A stretch of 64,000 nt of DNA from an uncultured Nitrososphaerota archaeon. GTDB lineage: Archaea; Thermoproteota; Nitrososphaeria; Nitrososphaerales; CADDZS01. Under the pieces are notes generated by a model. The model searched no databases. It had not been told where the DNA came from and saw only the letters and a program-made list of their open reading frames with translations. A program made the position numbers and the translations under genes. This document shows positions 1 through 10,251 of this stretch, piece after piece (positions within the stretch are counted from its first letter, which is position 1; every line of letters begins with the position of its first letter). Location: NCBI GenBank assembly GCA_963799845.1, contig CAWCYI010000006.1, forward strand, positions 832,001-896,000, given 5' to 3'.

Positions 1-1
1 A

Positions 2-226
2 GCAAAGGCTATCGGGAAGAATCTGGAGGCACGTGTAGATTACGAAACTGCAGCGAGGATCGAGATATTCGAGCAGCACAAAGAAAGCGCGAGAAACTGT
101 CTGGAACTAGCTGATGGGGTTTCAGAGAATGTATCACAGCATCACGAGTTCCATGAAACGATGCTGGCTGATATGGACGAGGTACTGCGGGTTTCCAAAG
201 CCTTCCAAAGCTCTGCGACTAATTGA
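2..226 (+). CDS. 3' end of hypothetical helical protein (runs in from window edge)
   Basis: Open frame AKAIGKNLEARVDYE...FQSSATN* from base 2 to TGA; no family recognised. Confidence 0.4.
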   Translation, partial: AKAIGKNLEARVDYETAARIEIFEQHKESARNCLELADGVSENVSQHHEFHETMLADMDEVLRVSKAFQSSATN

Positions 227-300
227 ACTTCAACTTTGAAAATAAAGTAAGTACTTCTCAATAGTTATTTAACTATCTCATTATTTCAGGAATTCCTGAA

Positions 301-579
301 TTGAGCATCGAATATCCACCGAAATTTGTTGGCCTTCTCATAAGGGATTTCAGTGGGAAGATCATTGCTGGCACAATTACCTCTATCGACCACAGGCAGA
401 AAATTGTCAGAGTTTCCGACGTTTCAATTCTGGAAATAGTCGGATTGAAACATGGGTTAGAGCCGATTTACGACAAAAGAAAAATCGGGCGGTTTCACTT
501 ATCTCTCACTGGAAACGATAGTCCATTGGGAGAATTTGCCGGATTATCTGGAAAGAAAAGATTAGCCGATGACAGTTAA
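301..579 (+). CDS. Small hypothetical protein, possibly Sm/LSm-like fold
   Basis: GKIIAGTITSIDHRQKIVRVSDV resembles an Sm1-type motif; weak. Confidence 0.35.
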   Translation: MSIEYPPKFVGLLIRDFSGKIIAGTITSIDHRQKIVRVSDVSILEIVGLKHGLEPIYDKRKIGRFHLSLTGNDSPLGEFAGLSGKKRLADDS

Positions 580-701
580 CAGCAACAAAAACCGATGATT
601 AGTTACCAGAACCTCTTTTACACACATAATAACGGATTCAGAAACTCTAAACACAAAAGACTTCAGGACTGGAAAAAATCGCATTTTGGAAGGAGTAGAG
701 T

Positions 702-1100
702 TTGGTTCATACAGAGGACACTGAATCCCACATCAGGGCGGTCCTCGAGGATGCTGAATACTGGAGGACAAAGCGGCTAGAGCCTATCATGTTTCAACTG
801 ATCAGGAAGGGCAAACTAGGATTCTACGATTTGTTTACGGCCTCGCCAAAGCCCAGAGCGGTTCCCTCGCTTGCTCGTGGGCAGCCTCAAGCCGGTCTGG
901 AAGAGCGTGTTGAAACTCTGGAATTGAACCTAGGAAGATACATCAACGGAATTGAAATCGCCGCTCAGATTGCCAGAGATTCGTACTTCATAGATGAACA
1001 GAGGAAAGATTCGGGGGTGTACGACGACGAACTGAAATTTGTTCACAGAGAATTAACAGCGGGATCTAGCCAGGGAGAAAAACTTTCTGAGGTTGAGTAG
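702..1100 (+). CDS. Hypothetical protein, possibly nitrile/thiocyanate hydrolase beta-like partner
   Basis: 132 aa ORF whose stop abuts the NHase-alpha-like start; the function call rests on position only. Confidence 0.4.
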   Translation: MVHTEDTESHIRAVLEDAEYWRTKRLEPIMFQLIRKGKLGFYDLFTASPKPRAVPSLARGQPQAGLEERVETLELNLGRYINGIEIAAQIARDSYFIDEQRKDSGVYDDELKFVHRELTAGSSQGEKLSEVE

Positions 1101-1343
1101 ATGTTAGACGAATATTACGATGTCCTGCTGGTGTATCTCAACGCCCTGGTTGGAAGGGGCTTCATTAAACCCGATAAATTGGAGGAAATGCTCGAGGCGC
1201 CCGTTCCACCCAAATTTGAAAACGGAGCGAGAAATGTTGCATTAGCTTGGACGGACGCGCAGTTCAAATCTAAACTTCTGCAAGACGCAAAGCAGACCCT
1301 CCGCGAGATGGGTATCGCAGTTTACAGGTCGCCGCGTCTTTGA
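1101..1343 (+). pseudogene. Nitrile hydratase alpha / thiocyanate hydrolase gamma-like N-terminal fragment
   Basis: LVGRGFI...ENGARNVALAWTDAQFKSKLLQDA matches the NHase alpha NGARVVARAWTDP motif; ends before the CxxCSC metal site. Confidence 0.75.
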
Positions 1344-1911
1344 AGGAGTCAACCCGCAGGGTGTGCGGGTGGCACACTTTGGGGTCCCCACTCCGGAGGA
1401 ACTCAATCACGATTTTCTATGGCGAGTTCACAAGGAGGTACCCGGCAACGGTGAAATTGTCATCTTCAACCGAAGTCACTACGAGGGCGTACTTGTCGTC
1501 CGTGTCCACAAGCTAGTTCCAGGGGAAGTCTGGAAAAATAGGTATCAAGAGATTGTGGACTTTGAGCGATCGCTTTTCGATGAGGGTACGACGATCATAA
1601 AGTTCTATTTGCATATTGATGCGGATGAGCAAAAGAAACGACTGCAAGATCGTCTTGACGATCCAACCAAGAGGTGGAAATTCAGCTACAACGATCAGCC
1701 GGAGAGAGAGCATTGGTCAGAATATATGAGGGCCTACGAAGATGTTTTGGAAAAGACTAGCACGAAATGGGCTCCGTGGTACATAATACCAGCTAATCAC
1801 AACTGGTTCCGAGACGTATTAGTTTCCACAATCGTTGTGAAGACACTAGAACATATGCACATGCAATATCCTGAATTGACAACGGAGACCCAGCAATCAA
1901 ACATAAGGTAA
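1336..1911 (+). pseudogene. ppk2: Polyphosphate kinase 2 (PPK2) family, N-terminally truncated
   Basis: VFEGVNPQGVRV, PTPEELNHDFLWR, IFNRSHYE, KFYLHI, KRWKF, APWYIIPA; the Walker A N-terminus is absent. Confidence 0.85.
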
Positions 1912-2081
1912 GAATTAGAACAGAAGCGTTCCCAGTAGACAATGCTCGATTATTTCGCTGTCACTGAAAGCTGTCTTTGAAAAATGATAAATTATGAGGT
2001 TAGAGAGTACTATGTTACTATCGGCGATCAGATTTCGCATAACGAAATCTTAAGAGCTAAAGTATTCGACTTCCGTATTCG

Positions 2082-2558
2082 ATGTCTGAACTTACCAGGT
2101 CTCACATTAGTATTGCGGGTGCACATTTTGTAGCCGGAGAGCTTTCACAGAGAGGGCACGTGGCGACACTGACCCCTCGAAACACGAGGGGAATCGATGT
2201 CCTAGTTTCAAAGCTTGACGGGTCAAAATCCGTAAGCATTCAAGTGAAGACTAGTAGCGCTAAACTAAGAGAAAACTACACCAGGAGTTGGTCGATGGGA
2301 AAGAAGGATGAGAATATTTTTTCCGACTACCTGTTCTACGTTTTCGTTGACATCAAAAGTGGCAACGAAAAACCCGACTATTATGTCGTAAAAAGCAAGA
2401 TTGTAGCCGAATACGTAAAGACGACCCACAAGGAATACCTCGCCAAATCTGGCGGAGAAGGAAAACCGCACCCGGACGCCGAAATGAGAGCTTTCGTGAT
2501 TGAAGATTCTGATGTCGACAAATTCCTTAACAGATGGGACACGCTAGGCCTAGATTAG
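2082..2558 (+). CDS. PD-(D/E)XK family endonuclease
   Basis: GAHFVAGELSQRG...GIDVLV...SIQVKT catalytic pattern. Confidence 0.7.
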   Translation: MSELTRSHISIAGAHFVAGELSQRGHVATLTPRNTRGIDVLVSKLDGSKSVSIQVKTSSAKLRENYTRSWSMGKKDENIFSDYLFYVFVDIKSGNEKPDYYVVKSKIVAEYVKTTHKEYLAKSGGEGKPHPDAEMRAFVIEDSDVDKFLNRWDTLGLD

Positions 2559-3146
2559 CGCTTAAGCTAGGCCCAGTTATGAGCTTGGCATCTGTTATTC
2601 GCATAATTGCTTTCCGGATCGTAGTTGAAAGCCATAAACTCAGCAACGTTTTCCCGTTCTTCCTAGGTTGCTCTGGTCTATCCGTTAAGGAAGGTCAGCG
2701 GCACCTAGGGAGGACATTTATCTCAATCAATCAATTTTCGTCTCCACGATGCGAATATCGAAAGCCTGTTGAAACGCGGCAGAGAGATTACTATGAAGCG
2801 TTGTCGAAATCGAACTGATCGGCGGGAGCCGTCCAACCGCGAAGGTGTGCAAGATATAGATGACGTGCGTACAAATCATAGCCAAGTCCCGCAGTTGCCT
2901 GACAATCTGGGCACACTCCCATGAGGTCTTTCAAGTCTGCCCAAGCATCTTCGGCTAGTGACTCCGTTATCGATGACATACTCATCGGAGAGCCAAAAAG
3001 TACTATGAAAACTAGTCTTCCAAATGTAAGTCTAGTTCCAAGAAATATTGTCAAATATCTGTTCAAAAATGAACAGATAAATCTAGGTTGTTAGTCTTTT
3101 TTTTGTGCCGATCATGTTTAGGGCATTCGCTTAAGAAACATCCTCT

Positions 3147-3212
3147 TGCGTATTTGTATCAGGATCTGGTATAGCAGATGCGTATTTGTATCAGGATCTG
3201 GTATAGCAGATG
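3147..3212. repeat. Perfect 32-bp tandem duplication
   Basis: tgcgtatttgtatcaggatctggtatagcaga at 3147-3178 and 3179-3210. Confidence 0.95.
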
Positions 3213-3464
3213 ACGAAACAGATAATTTGGTTCCTGACAATACTAGATGAATCTAATTGCGATTTCAATAACTGTCACAAGAACCATAACGAAAACTGTT
3301 CACGAACTTGTTCTTCGGTCTTGCGACCTTAGGCAAAAAGAGTCGATTGGAAAAGATGCTGAAGTAATCGATGCTCCCGTCAATTGACCTATTGTTAGGT
3401 ATGAGGTTGAAAAGTCGTCAGCCTCGGAGATGAATAAATGGGCTCGTTTCGTATTCTTGCGATG

Positions 3465-5031
3465 CTAAGCGCTCACTATGCAGCAAAGGGGAGTAACTCG
3501 GTATAACGCCACACCTTCGGAGGGAACGCTAGCACTGATTGTGCCGGCGTGTGAGATTGTCCAGACCTGCCCCGTCCAGAGGTTTTCGACCAAGTAACCG
3601 AACGAATCGCTAGGTAGTCCCATAGCGGACGCCGTTGTCGAGATGGTTTCATTTGCCGCGTGCAAGTTGGTGCTCGTGTCGAACAGCCCCACGATGCCAT
3701 CACCCCGAGGCTCCACTTTGGCAAAAACTTGCGCAGTCCCAACTTTCAAGATCCGGGACGCGTCAATCGAGTCCTGGTCGACCTCGATAACTTGGCGGTT
3801 CATCAAGAGGCTGAGGTCGGCCAGGTGTAGACCACTGCTTGCGCCGTACGCATTCGTCACTTTGCTTGTCAAGTCGACGCCGAGAATCAGCGGAGAGGAG
3901 CCTAGCGCCCACAAGCTCAACTGGCTCTCCTCGGCAGCATAAGACATGCCGCTATTGGCGGGACCGTTGCCGACCTCGATCGAGTCGTAATCATTGAACC
4001 CGCCGGGGCCACCGTAAGGCTGCCAGTTGGTGACCCCATTGAACCGATCTTCCCAGTGAGAAAAGCTGGTCAGGGGGAAGACGCTCAGGCAACCAGTAAA
4101 TGGAGGAATGCTGCAGCTATTCGCGCTGCCTTCATCCGGTCCATTGATTTCAATGTCGGGGAGGAATTCCCATTGGTTGGAATACCTCTTCAACTCTGGA
4201 GCGATTTTGATCGTGAAACTGCCCTGAGTTGTGTCAAGTATCATCGGGCGGCCTGACTGTGCTATAGCAGTTGACCATGCCCTAACGTCAGGCACGTTCC
4301 TGTTCGTGATGCCGTCGAGCTTGATGTAATCGACTCCCCATGACGCGAGCTCGTCCACAATGGAGTTGACGTAAGTCTTGGGCTCCCGGTTTGCCGTAGT
4401 TCAAATCGACCATTCCACCGCAGTTGTAGTTGTTCTGCGAGGCCTTGGTGGCGATCTGGTCGGCAGTATAAAGAGTGCCCAAGACTGGCGTGTTCTCCGC
4501 CACCGCCTGCTCGGAGATACCGGCCGTTTCATAGACGCCGAATTTCAATCCGAGGCTGTGCACATACGCGGCCAAGGCCATGATTCCATTTTGCGAGCCA
4601 ACACTCGGGTAATTCGTCGAATTGATAACCCACCGGCCGTAGTGGTCCACGTTGGGCCCCTGAGGTCCCGGGCACTGGTACCAGCCGTCGTCGATATTGA
4701 TGTACTCGTATCCGACCGACGCGAGGCCGGTCGAGATCATCGCTTGGGCCTCCCCCTCTACCTGGGAGGTATCCGCGCCAATTCTTAGGAAGCTCCAGCT
4801 ACTCCAACCCATCACAGGAGTCTGGTCGACACTCAACTTTTGCGGACTGGAGAAATTGTACGAAGCTGTATCCATCTGTGAGACGCTTATTGCGCCGATG
4901 CCCTGTTGAACCTCATTATTGCTCGTTGGAGCTTTTAGTGAATCCGCGCCTGCAACGACAAAGATTACAACGACTATGATAGCCAGCCCAATTCTAGTAG
5001 GAGTGACCGCTTTATTTTTGGTAAATTTCAT
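3465..5031 (-). CDS. Secreted/anchored GH27 alpha-galactosidase (frameshift ~4375)
   Basis: TPVMGWSSW, YINIDDGW, LKFGVY, WGVDYIKLDG, FNDYDSIEVG, SPLILGVDL split over two ORFs; N-terminal TM segment. Confidence 0.85.
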
Positions 5032-5251
5032 ACTCCCGCATCTACACCATAATGAGGTGGAGACATTTCTCATACGGATAAACACTTCGAAACAATGTTC
5101 CTTGATGGTTTGTGAGCTGGTTCCACATTAGAAGAACCTAATCGTCTAGTTTGCGCATTTCCGATTATGTTTGGTTTGGCTGAATTGCACGTCTATTGGC
5201 TCGGCAGATAACCGCCACTTTTGGAGTTTGAGTGCGGAAGATCTCTCAAAT

Positions 5252-5728
5252 TCAGAAGGGATAGAATTTGGGCAGACTCACTCCGAGTGTTGCTATCAGA
5301 ATCGCGTCCAAAATGACCAAAACTAGCCATGCGACCACAACAATGCCTAGCGCGCCAAACCAGCTTGTATCAAATGAAGCACGATAAACGGCCAACCAAG
5401 CGAGCAACGCTAGTACAAATGCAAATATTACGGCGGACTGACCTAGGAGTGCTCCCAAAAAGAAATCCAGGCCATAAAATACCAGGAAGTAGACCAACCC
5501 ACCCCCAAGAGTTGCAACCATTGCATCTCCGAAAGTAGATTCACCCGTTGTAACTAGTTTTCCGGCAAAGTAAACTGGAATCGAGACGATAACCCACAAG
5601 ATAATTAGGGCAAGTACGAAGATTATCACACCCGTAAGAGTTCCAGGAATCGGGAGAGAAAATGAGGCCATGGTACTCATCCCATAAAAGTCTCCCTTAT
5701 TTAATTCCTGAGGTACTTCGGCACTCAA
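5252..5728 (-). CDS. Small multi-pass membrane protein
   Basis: About four hydrophobic segments. Confidence 0.7.
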   Translation of the reverse strand: MSAEVPQELNKGDFYGMSTMASFSLPIPGTLTGVIIFVLALIILWVIVSIPVYFAGKLVTTGESTFGDAMVATLGGGLVYFLVFYGLDFFLGALLGQSAVIFAFVLALLAWLAVYRASFDTSWFGALGIVVVAWLVLVILDAILIATLGVSLPKFYPF

Positions 5729-6054
5729 AAATAATGCGTGGAGCTTGGAAAGTCTTCCAAGAACAGCGGCTTGACATCAAAGGGCCTCCTTTGGAGCTCA
5801 TTTTCAAGATCTTCCTCCCGCCTTGCGAAAACTGCAGGAACGTTCTGAATCTTCGCAACTGCCAGAACATAACAATCCACCAGAGAGATCGATCTTGCGC
5901 ACTTGTAGCATCCAGCCTGCATGTCAATTTCATCCGAAGAAACCAGAGAGATAACTGGTTTTAAGTAACGTCTCGATTGCTTCGCTAGCGTATTCGTCCC
6001 CCCTTTCTTCTGCACATCATATAGAATAATTCCGATATTGTTTGTCCGCTCCAA
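5725..6054 (-). pseudogene. PIN-domain (VapC) C-terminal fragment
   Basis: AGCYKC..ISLVDCYVLAVAK...VFARRE resembles the VapC C-terminal half; N-terminal D motif absent. Confidence 0.55.
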
Positions 6055-6198
6055 AAGATTCTGTCAATTCTAGGAGTAGCCAGCCATCTAGATGAAGCCG
6101 ATAAAGTTCAAACCTCCAGTCATGGTCGCTGCGAAATTCTTTCGACAAACATAGAGGAAGTAAGAGCGAGCTATTTTTCAAATCATCTGCGAGAGCTT

Positions 6199-7500
6199 TT
6201 GAATGCCTCTTGGAATCAAAGAAAATGGGGAGTGATCAAATTGTATAGGTCAGATCGGAATCTCCTCCTCGATCGGAGTTTTCTGAAGTATAACTCAACG
6301 GCTGCCCTCGCCAATTTTGTCCAACCCATCTTCACCCTCTTCCTTCCTCTTCTAGCCCTCGAGCACGGCGCCAGCGTCTTCGAGATAGGACTGGTCGGGG
6401 GCGCCCCCAGTCTTGTCTACTCATTCATGCCACTCGTAATGGGAAGATTTTCTGACAAGGGACAAGCTCGCAGCTTGTTGATCATTCTCGCACTCGCTCT
6501 ACTTTCCGCTATCTCGATCCTGTACCACTTTGCAGAAAATCCAGTTGACTTGATTCTCCTCAGGATATTAGAAGGACTGGGCTGGGTTGCCTTTTGGCCT
6601 TCGATTGATTCCGCGGTAAGCCACGATACCAAGATAGATCCGAGCAAGGCTCTAGCGATTTTTAATCTATCCTGGTCATCGACTTCAGCTCTTGGACCAC
6701 TCGTCGGTGCCTTCGTCGTCGTAATTTTCTCCATCAATCAGGTCTTCATATTCAACGCGATTTTTCTTATAGCGGCACTTTTACTTAATTTGATCACTTT
6801 CTCCGGGTTCAGGAGATCCAATGTCTCCGAAAATCCAGATATCGAAGAGGTCGATATTGCTGAGAGAAAAACGTCACAAATTGTAGATACCTCTAGCCAC
6901 GCCGAAAAGCCCACTCAAGCGATCCCGAAGATCCTGAAAGTCAGTCCACTGTTTTACGTGCTTTCTCTTGTATTATGCACTATCTCATCCAATACATTGG
7001 CCTCGTTCTTCTCTCCTTACTCCCACTCTCAGGGTGTTCCGACTCTGATTATCGGTGCAATCGCATTCACCTACGGCTTTGCGAGATTCATTGGTTATCT
7101 CGTCACTTCGGGGACACGACTCAGGAATTTCCTGCTCGTTGAGCGCACTCGGATCAGAAACATCTTCGTGTTGCTATTCTTGGTGTCGTTATCCCCTCTG
7201 ATCATGCTCGTTCACACCAGTTCGGGCACCATCTATTTTCTTTCGTTCGGCATCTTGGGCTTTAGCTACTCGTTCATCTATTACATTGCAATGGTGGCGT
7301 TTTTGGCCGAGACAGACAGGGAGAGGATGGGAGCCGGTGCAGGGATATTCGAAACCTCGATTGGTGTCGGAAGCCTTGTTGGACCGGTCATAGCAGGACT
7401 TGTCTCGGGCAACTCGCTCTCGATTCCGTTCATCGTTCCATCCGTCATCTCAATTCCAATCCTGACAGTACTATTCTTCTTGTCCAGGTCAAGGAGATAG
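6199..7500 (+). CDS. MFS transporter
   Basis: About 12 TM helices, GRFSDKG motif A, LRILEGLG. Confidence 0.9.
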   Translation: MNASWNQRKWGVIKLYRSDRNLLLDRSFLKYNSTAALANFVQPIFTLFLPLLALEHGASVFEIGLVGGAPSLVYSFMPLVMGRFSDKGQARSLLIILALALLSAISILYHFAENPVDLILLRILEGLGWVAFWPSIDSAVSHDTKIDPSKALAIFNLSWSSTSALGPLVGAFVVVIFSINQVFIFNAIFLIAALLLNLITFSGFRRSNVSENPDIEEVDIAERKTSQIVDTSSHAEKPTQAIPKILKVSPLFYVLSLVLCTISSNTLASFFSPYSHSQGVPTLIIGAIAFTYGFARFIGYLVTSGTRLRNFLLVERTRIRNIFVLLFLVSLSPLIMLVHTSSGTIYFLSFGILGFSYSFIYYIAMVAFLAETDRERMGAGAGIFETSIGVGSLVGPVIAGLVSGNSLSIPFIVPSVISIPILTVLFFLSRSRR

Positions 7501-7613
7501 GTAGACGACTAACGCGACCTTCGGAAAGATTGCGAGGAGTGACCCCGATCATTACGAAATCATATACTATTCTTGATATATCGTCCTCGCTCAATTTTTT
7601 TCGAAAGCCGACT
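7402..7613 (+). repeat. Diverged direct repeat, copy 1 (MFS 3' end plus downstream)
   Basis: Aligns with 11221-11429 (caactcgctctcgattcc ... ctattcttgatatatcgt ... tcaatttttttcgaaagccgact). Confidence 0.9.
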
Positions 7614-7657
7614 GGCATTCTAAACCGGATTAACCTGGGGGATTCCAGAAGTGAGTC

Positions 7658-7918
7658 CTACCTGTAAACCTTGTCGTGATGTTCATAATCTTCCAAGACA
7701 ACGCTCTTTCTTGGTTCATCTATGGAATACGTCAGGACATAATTTCCAAAATGAACTCTTCTCATCCCCACCAAAGGATAATGGAGGGGTTTGAACCTAT
7801 GCGGGTCTTCGAGTATCTCATTGATTTTTTCCGTAATCGTTTTCATTTGGTCGGGATTTCGCTTGGCCAATTTCTTGAAGATTCTGTCAACGTGCTCTCT
7901 TACTTCCAAAACATACAT
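7658..7918 (-). CDS. RelE/ParE-family toxin
   Basis: EILEDPHRFKPL...MRRVHFGNYVLTYSI...DYEHHDKVY. Confidence 0.85.
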   Translation of the reverse strand: MYVLEVREHVDRIFKKLAKRNPDQMKTITEKINEILEDPHRFKPLHYPLVGMRRVHFGNYVLTYSIDEPRKSVVLEDYEHHDKVYR

Positions 7919-8161
7919 TTAATTCAAACCGTATCTTTTCTTGAAGTCTTTGACGCTGCCCACTCTGATTATTGGTTCCTTCCGAATCTTCTTTAGTTTC
8001 TTCACGTATTCGGGCCTAATATTTGACTCGAGGATAATTTCCTTGTACAGTTTTGCCATTTTGTTTATCGCATGTGACTTGTCCTTCAAGTCGTATTGAG
8101 CCTTGAGGATATTGAGGACGGTGTTTGCTTCCTTCTCTATATCGACGATGGCTTTGACCAT
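7919..8161 (-). CDS. DUF2683-like antitoxin
   Basis: MVKAIVDI...VLNILKAQYDLKDKS.AI...IRPEYVKKL; directly upstream of the toxin. Confidence 0.8.
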   Translation of the reverse strand: MVKAIVDIEKEANTVLNILKAQYDLKDKSHAINKMAKLYKEIILESNIRPEYVKKLKKIRKEPIIRVGSVKDFKKRYGLN

Positions 8162-8204
8162 GTTAATACTATATTAATATTGGAATATAATCTAATCGCA
8201 ATTC

Positions 8205-8620
8205 GTTTAGCCTCGGAACGACCACCGAGAGCATGACCGAAAAAAGTAGATAAAACAGCAATAAAACCGTCGGCACGTTGAGTTTTGTATTCAAGACTTT
8301 ATTTCGTGTCCGACACTCGTTCATCTGTCGCTCTTTGCGGAGTACATCGTTATTACTTCTTGCCTTGTTGTTCTTTGCTCGTCAAACAGAAGTGTGTTTT
8401 AGGGTCGGGTCCAGTCAGTCTAGGGAAACAAAAGGCAAACACTATTGGCGAAGTTGAGCTTTTAGCTTGTAATCTTCCCTTTGAAGGAAGTAGAATCTGT
8501 GAAGGGGGAAAAGCTGTAGACCGTAAAGCAAGCGCCTTTACGCTAGGTCCAGTCATCCCGCTGTGCCTTTAGTATCTGCTCTCCAATTCCTCAAACTATC
8601 TGAAACCCGATTTCCCTCCA
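8205..8620 (-). ncRNA. Candidate large structured RNA downstream of the DIP1984-like gene
   Basis: Non-coding interval with nested complementary pairs 8227-33/8577-83, 8269-77/8305-14, 8360-72/8427-38, 8457-63/8509-15, 8474-78/8486-90, 8522-28/8536-42. Confidence 0.55.
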
Positions 8621-8627
8621 CACTCCA

Positions 8628-9101
8628 TCAGATGGAAATCTCTAGCTCCACAGACTGATTTGCCTGTTGAATCAGCGCGTCCAGCCCGTTTTTACGACTC
8701 TGATAGTCTTCAAGCATTGAAAGGAGCGTCAAGGTATCTTTTTGCTTGAGCATTTTGACATCTTCCTTGGAGCGCCTTTCGCGATCAAAAAATCCTCTAC
8801 GCTCTATATGCATCATGTCTTTGAGCTGATCTACCGTGGATCGAAGATTGGCGAGCTCGACAATGTTTTCAAAGAGTGTTTTCCCGTTTGGTAGAGTTGC
8901 ATTCATGTTTGCTTTTGCGATTCCAACTTTTATCTTTGTCAATTTGTTGACGACTTCCTTGATTTTGACAGTCAGTGAGTCGAAGTCGAACTCTGGCTTT
9001 TCGTCTTCTGGATACTCTAGGTTTCGGTTTCTGAGTCCTATCAGCTGGACGAGCTGAGACTGCAGCGATTTCTTCAACGCTAGCGCTTCGTATAATTTCA
9101 T
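8628..9101 (-). CDS. DIP1984-like (septicolysin-like) coiled-coil protein, 157 aa
   Basis: Start MKLYEALALKKSLQ and end LDALIQQAN fit the MKL.EAL...IQ..N family pattern; likely start at 9101. Confidence 0.7.
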   Translation of the reverse strand: MKLYEALALKKSLQSQLVQLIGLRNRNLEYPEDEKPEFDFDSLTVKIKEVVNKLTKIKVGIAKANMNATLPNGKTLFENIVELANLRSTVDQLKDMMHIERRGFFDRERRSKEDVKMLKQKDTLTLLSMLEDYQSRKNGLDALIQQANQSVELEISI

Positions 9102-9290
9102 GACCTCGTTTTCGCCTTGGGAAATTGCAGTACTATTACTGTAATCATAAGCGTTGTCGTCTGTAAAAGCTGACCAGCGGTCTGAGATTCTTGTCTGAGG
9201 TGCCGGCGGATAATTCATCTGGCAGAGCTACAATTCATGTCCCTCGGCATGCTTATATGTAAGACTACTTATTTTACTTATTTTGCGGAC

Positions 9291-9515
9291 ATGCCGAACG
9301 TCACTTTGGCAGTGCCAGACGAACTGCACAGGATCATGAAGAATCATCCCGAGATCAAGTGGAGTGAAATCGCCCGTCACGCTATGAAAGAGTACGCCGC
9401 TCACTTGGAGGTCATCGACGAGATCACCAACAAAAGCAAGTTCACCGAGAACGATGCGCTGGAAGTTGGTTCGGCGGTGAACAAGATCTCGCTGCGAGGT
9501 ACAAACGGGCCATGA
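9291..9515 (+). CDS. Antitoxin (RHH-like)
   Basis: [29 protein letters not shown], typical archaeal antitoxin upstream of a PIN gene. Confidence 0.8.
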   Translation: MPNVTLAVPDELHRIMKNHPEIKWSEIARHAMKEYAAHLEVIDEITNKSKFTENDALEVGSAVNKISLRGTNGP

Positions 9516-9536
9516 GAAAGAGAAGGTCAAACCCCG

Positions 9537-9959
9537 TTGAAACTCGTGGTCGACACTAATGTTTTGCTCGGCTCGTTGATAAGGAACTCCACAACCAGAT
9601 TGTTGCTCATGAATCCCGATCATGAGTTTTCCATCCCAGAATTTGCTCTGCAGGAAGTGGCAAAATATTCAGACGTGATAAGCTCCAAATCTGGGCTGGC
9701 GAAGAAAGAAATCAAACTGTTGATAGACACGCTAGCAACGAACTTGAAGCTGGTCCCGCTGGAAGAATTCGTGGAAGGTTTTGGTCAAGCGGAGGAGGCA
9801 CTGAATAATATCGACGAAAAGGATATCCCATTCCTCGCACTTGCACTGAGCATCAAATGCGACGGCATCTGGAGCAACGACAAACACTTGAAGGAACAGA
9901 GACTCGTAAAAGTTTGGAACACTCTTGAAATCGTTTCCCTCTTCCGGGATGATAAGTGA
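9537..9959 (+). CDS. PIN-domain toxin
   Basis: LVVDTNVL, DEKDIPFLALAL, IWSNDKHL. Confidence 0.9.
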   Translation: MKLVVDTNVLLGSLIRNSTTRLLLMNPDHEFSIPEFALQEVAKYSDVISSKSGLAKKEIKLLIDTLATNLKLVPLEEFVEGFGQAEEALNNIDEKDIPFLALALSIKCDGIWSNDKHLKEQRLVKVWNTLEIVSLFRDDK

Positions 9960-10020
9960 CGGGTCTTCAAGTACTAATCCATTGATTCTTAAGGAAAAAG
10001 ATTCTGTCGTTTTGCAACCG

Positions 10021-10110
10021 CGCGTGTTTTCCGATTGATGAGCTCAAAACGAGCTCTGCAAGCTCAGGAGAGCTACGAACGCGCTCTCCTGACAATACAG
10101 AGCTCGGAAA
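10021..10110 (-). repeat. AGCT-phased dispersed repeat, copy A (inverted)
   Basis: Reverse complement of 10021-10075 resembles 20331-20385; AGCT at 10041, 10052, 10061, 10071, 10101. Confidence 0.8.
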
Positions 10111-10251
10111 ACTAGTTCTCACGCTGTGCTGGAAAGAATCTTGACTTCAAGTGGTTTCACTCTTCCATGGTTACAATCGGTGACATCGACAGGCAAGCGC
10201 TGTTCATAAAATTCCAACACAAAGACCACGAACGAAGTTGGATCGAAAGAG

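Noticed and set aside
3147-3212. Possible CRISPR repeat (32 bp)
   Set aside because: The copies are adjacent with no spacer, and no cas genes are present.
8285-8572. ORFs 8285-8572 (+) and 8353-8556 (-)
   Set aside because: No recognisable motifs and atypical composition; the interval is better explained as structured non-coding sequence.
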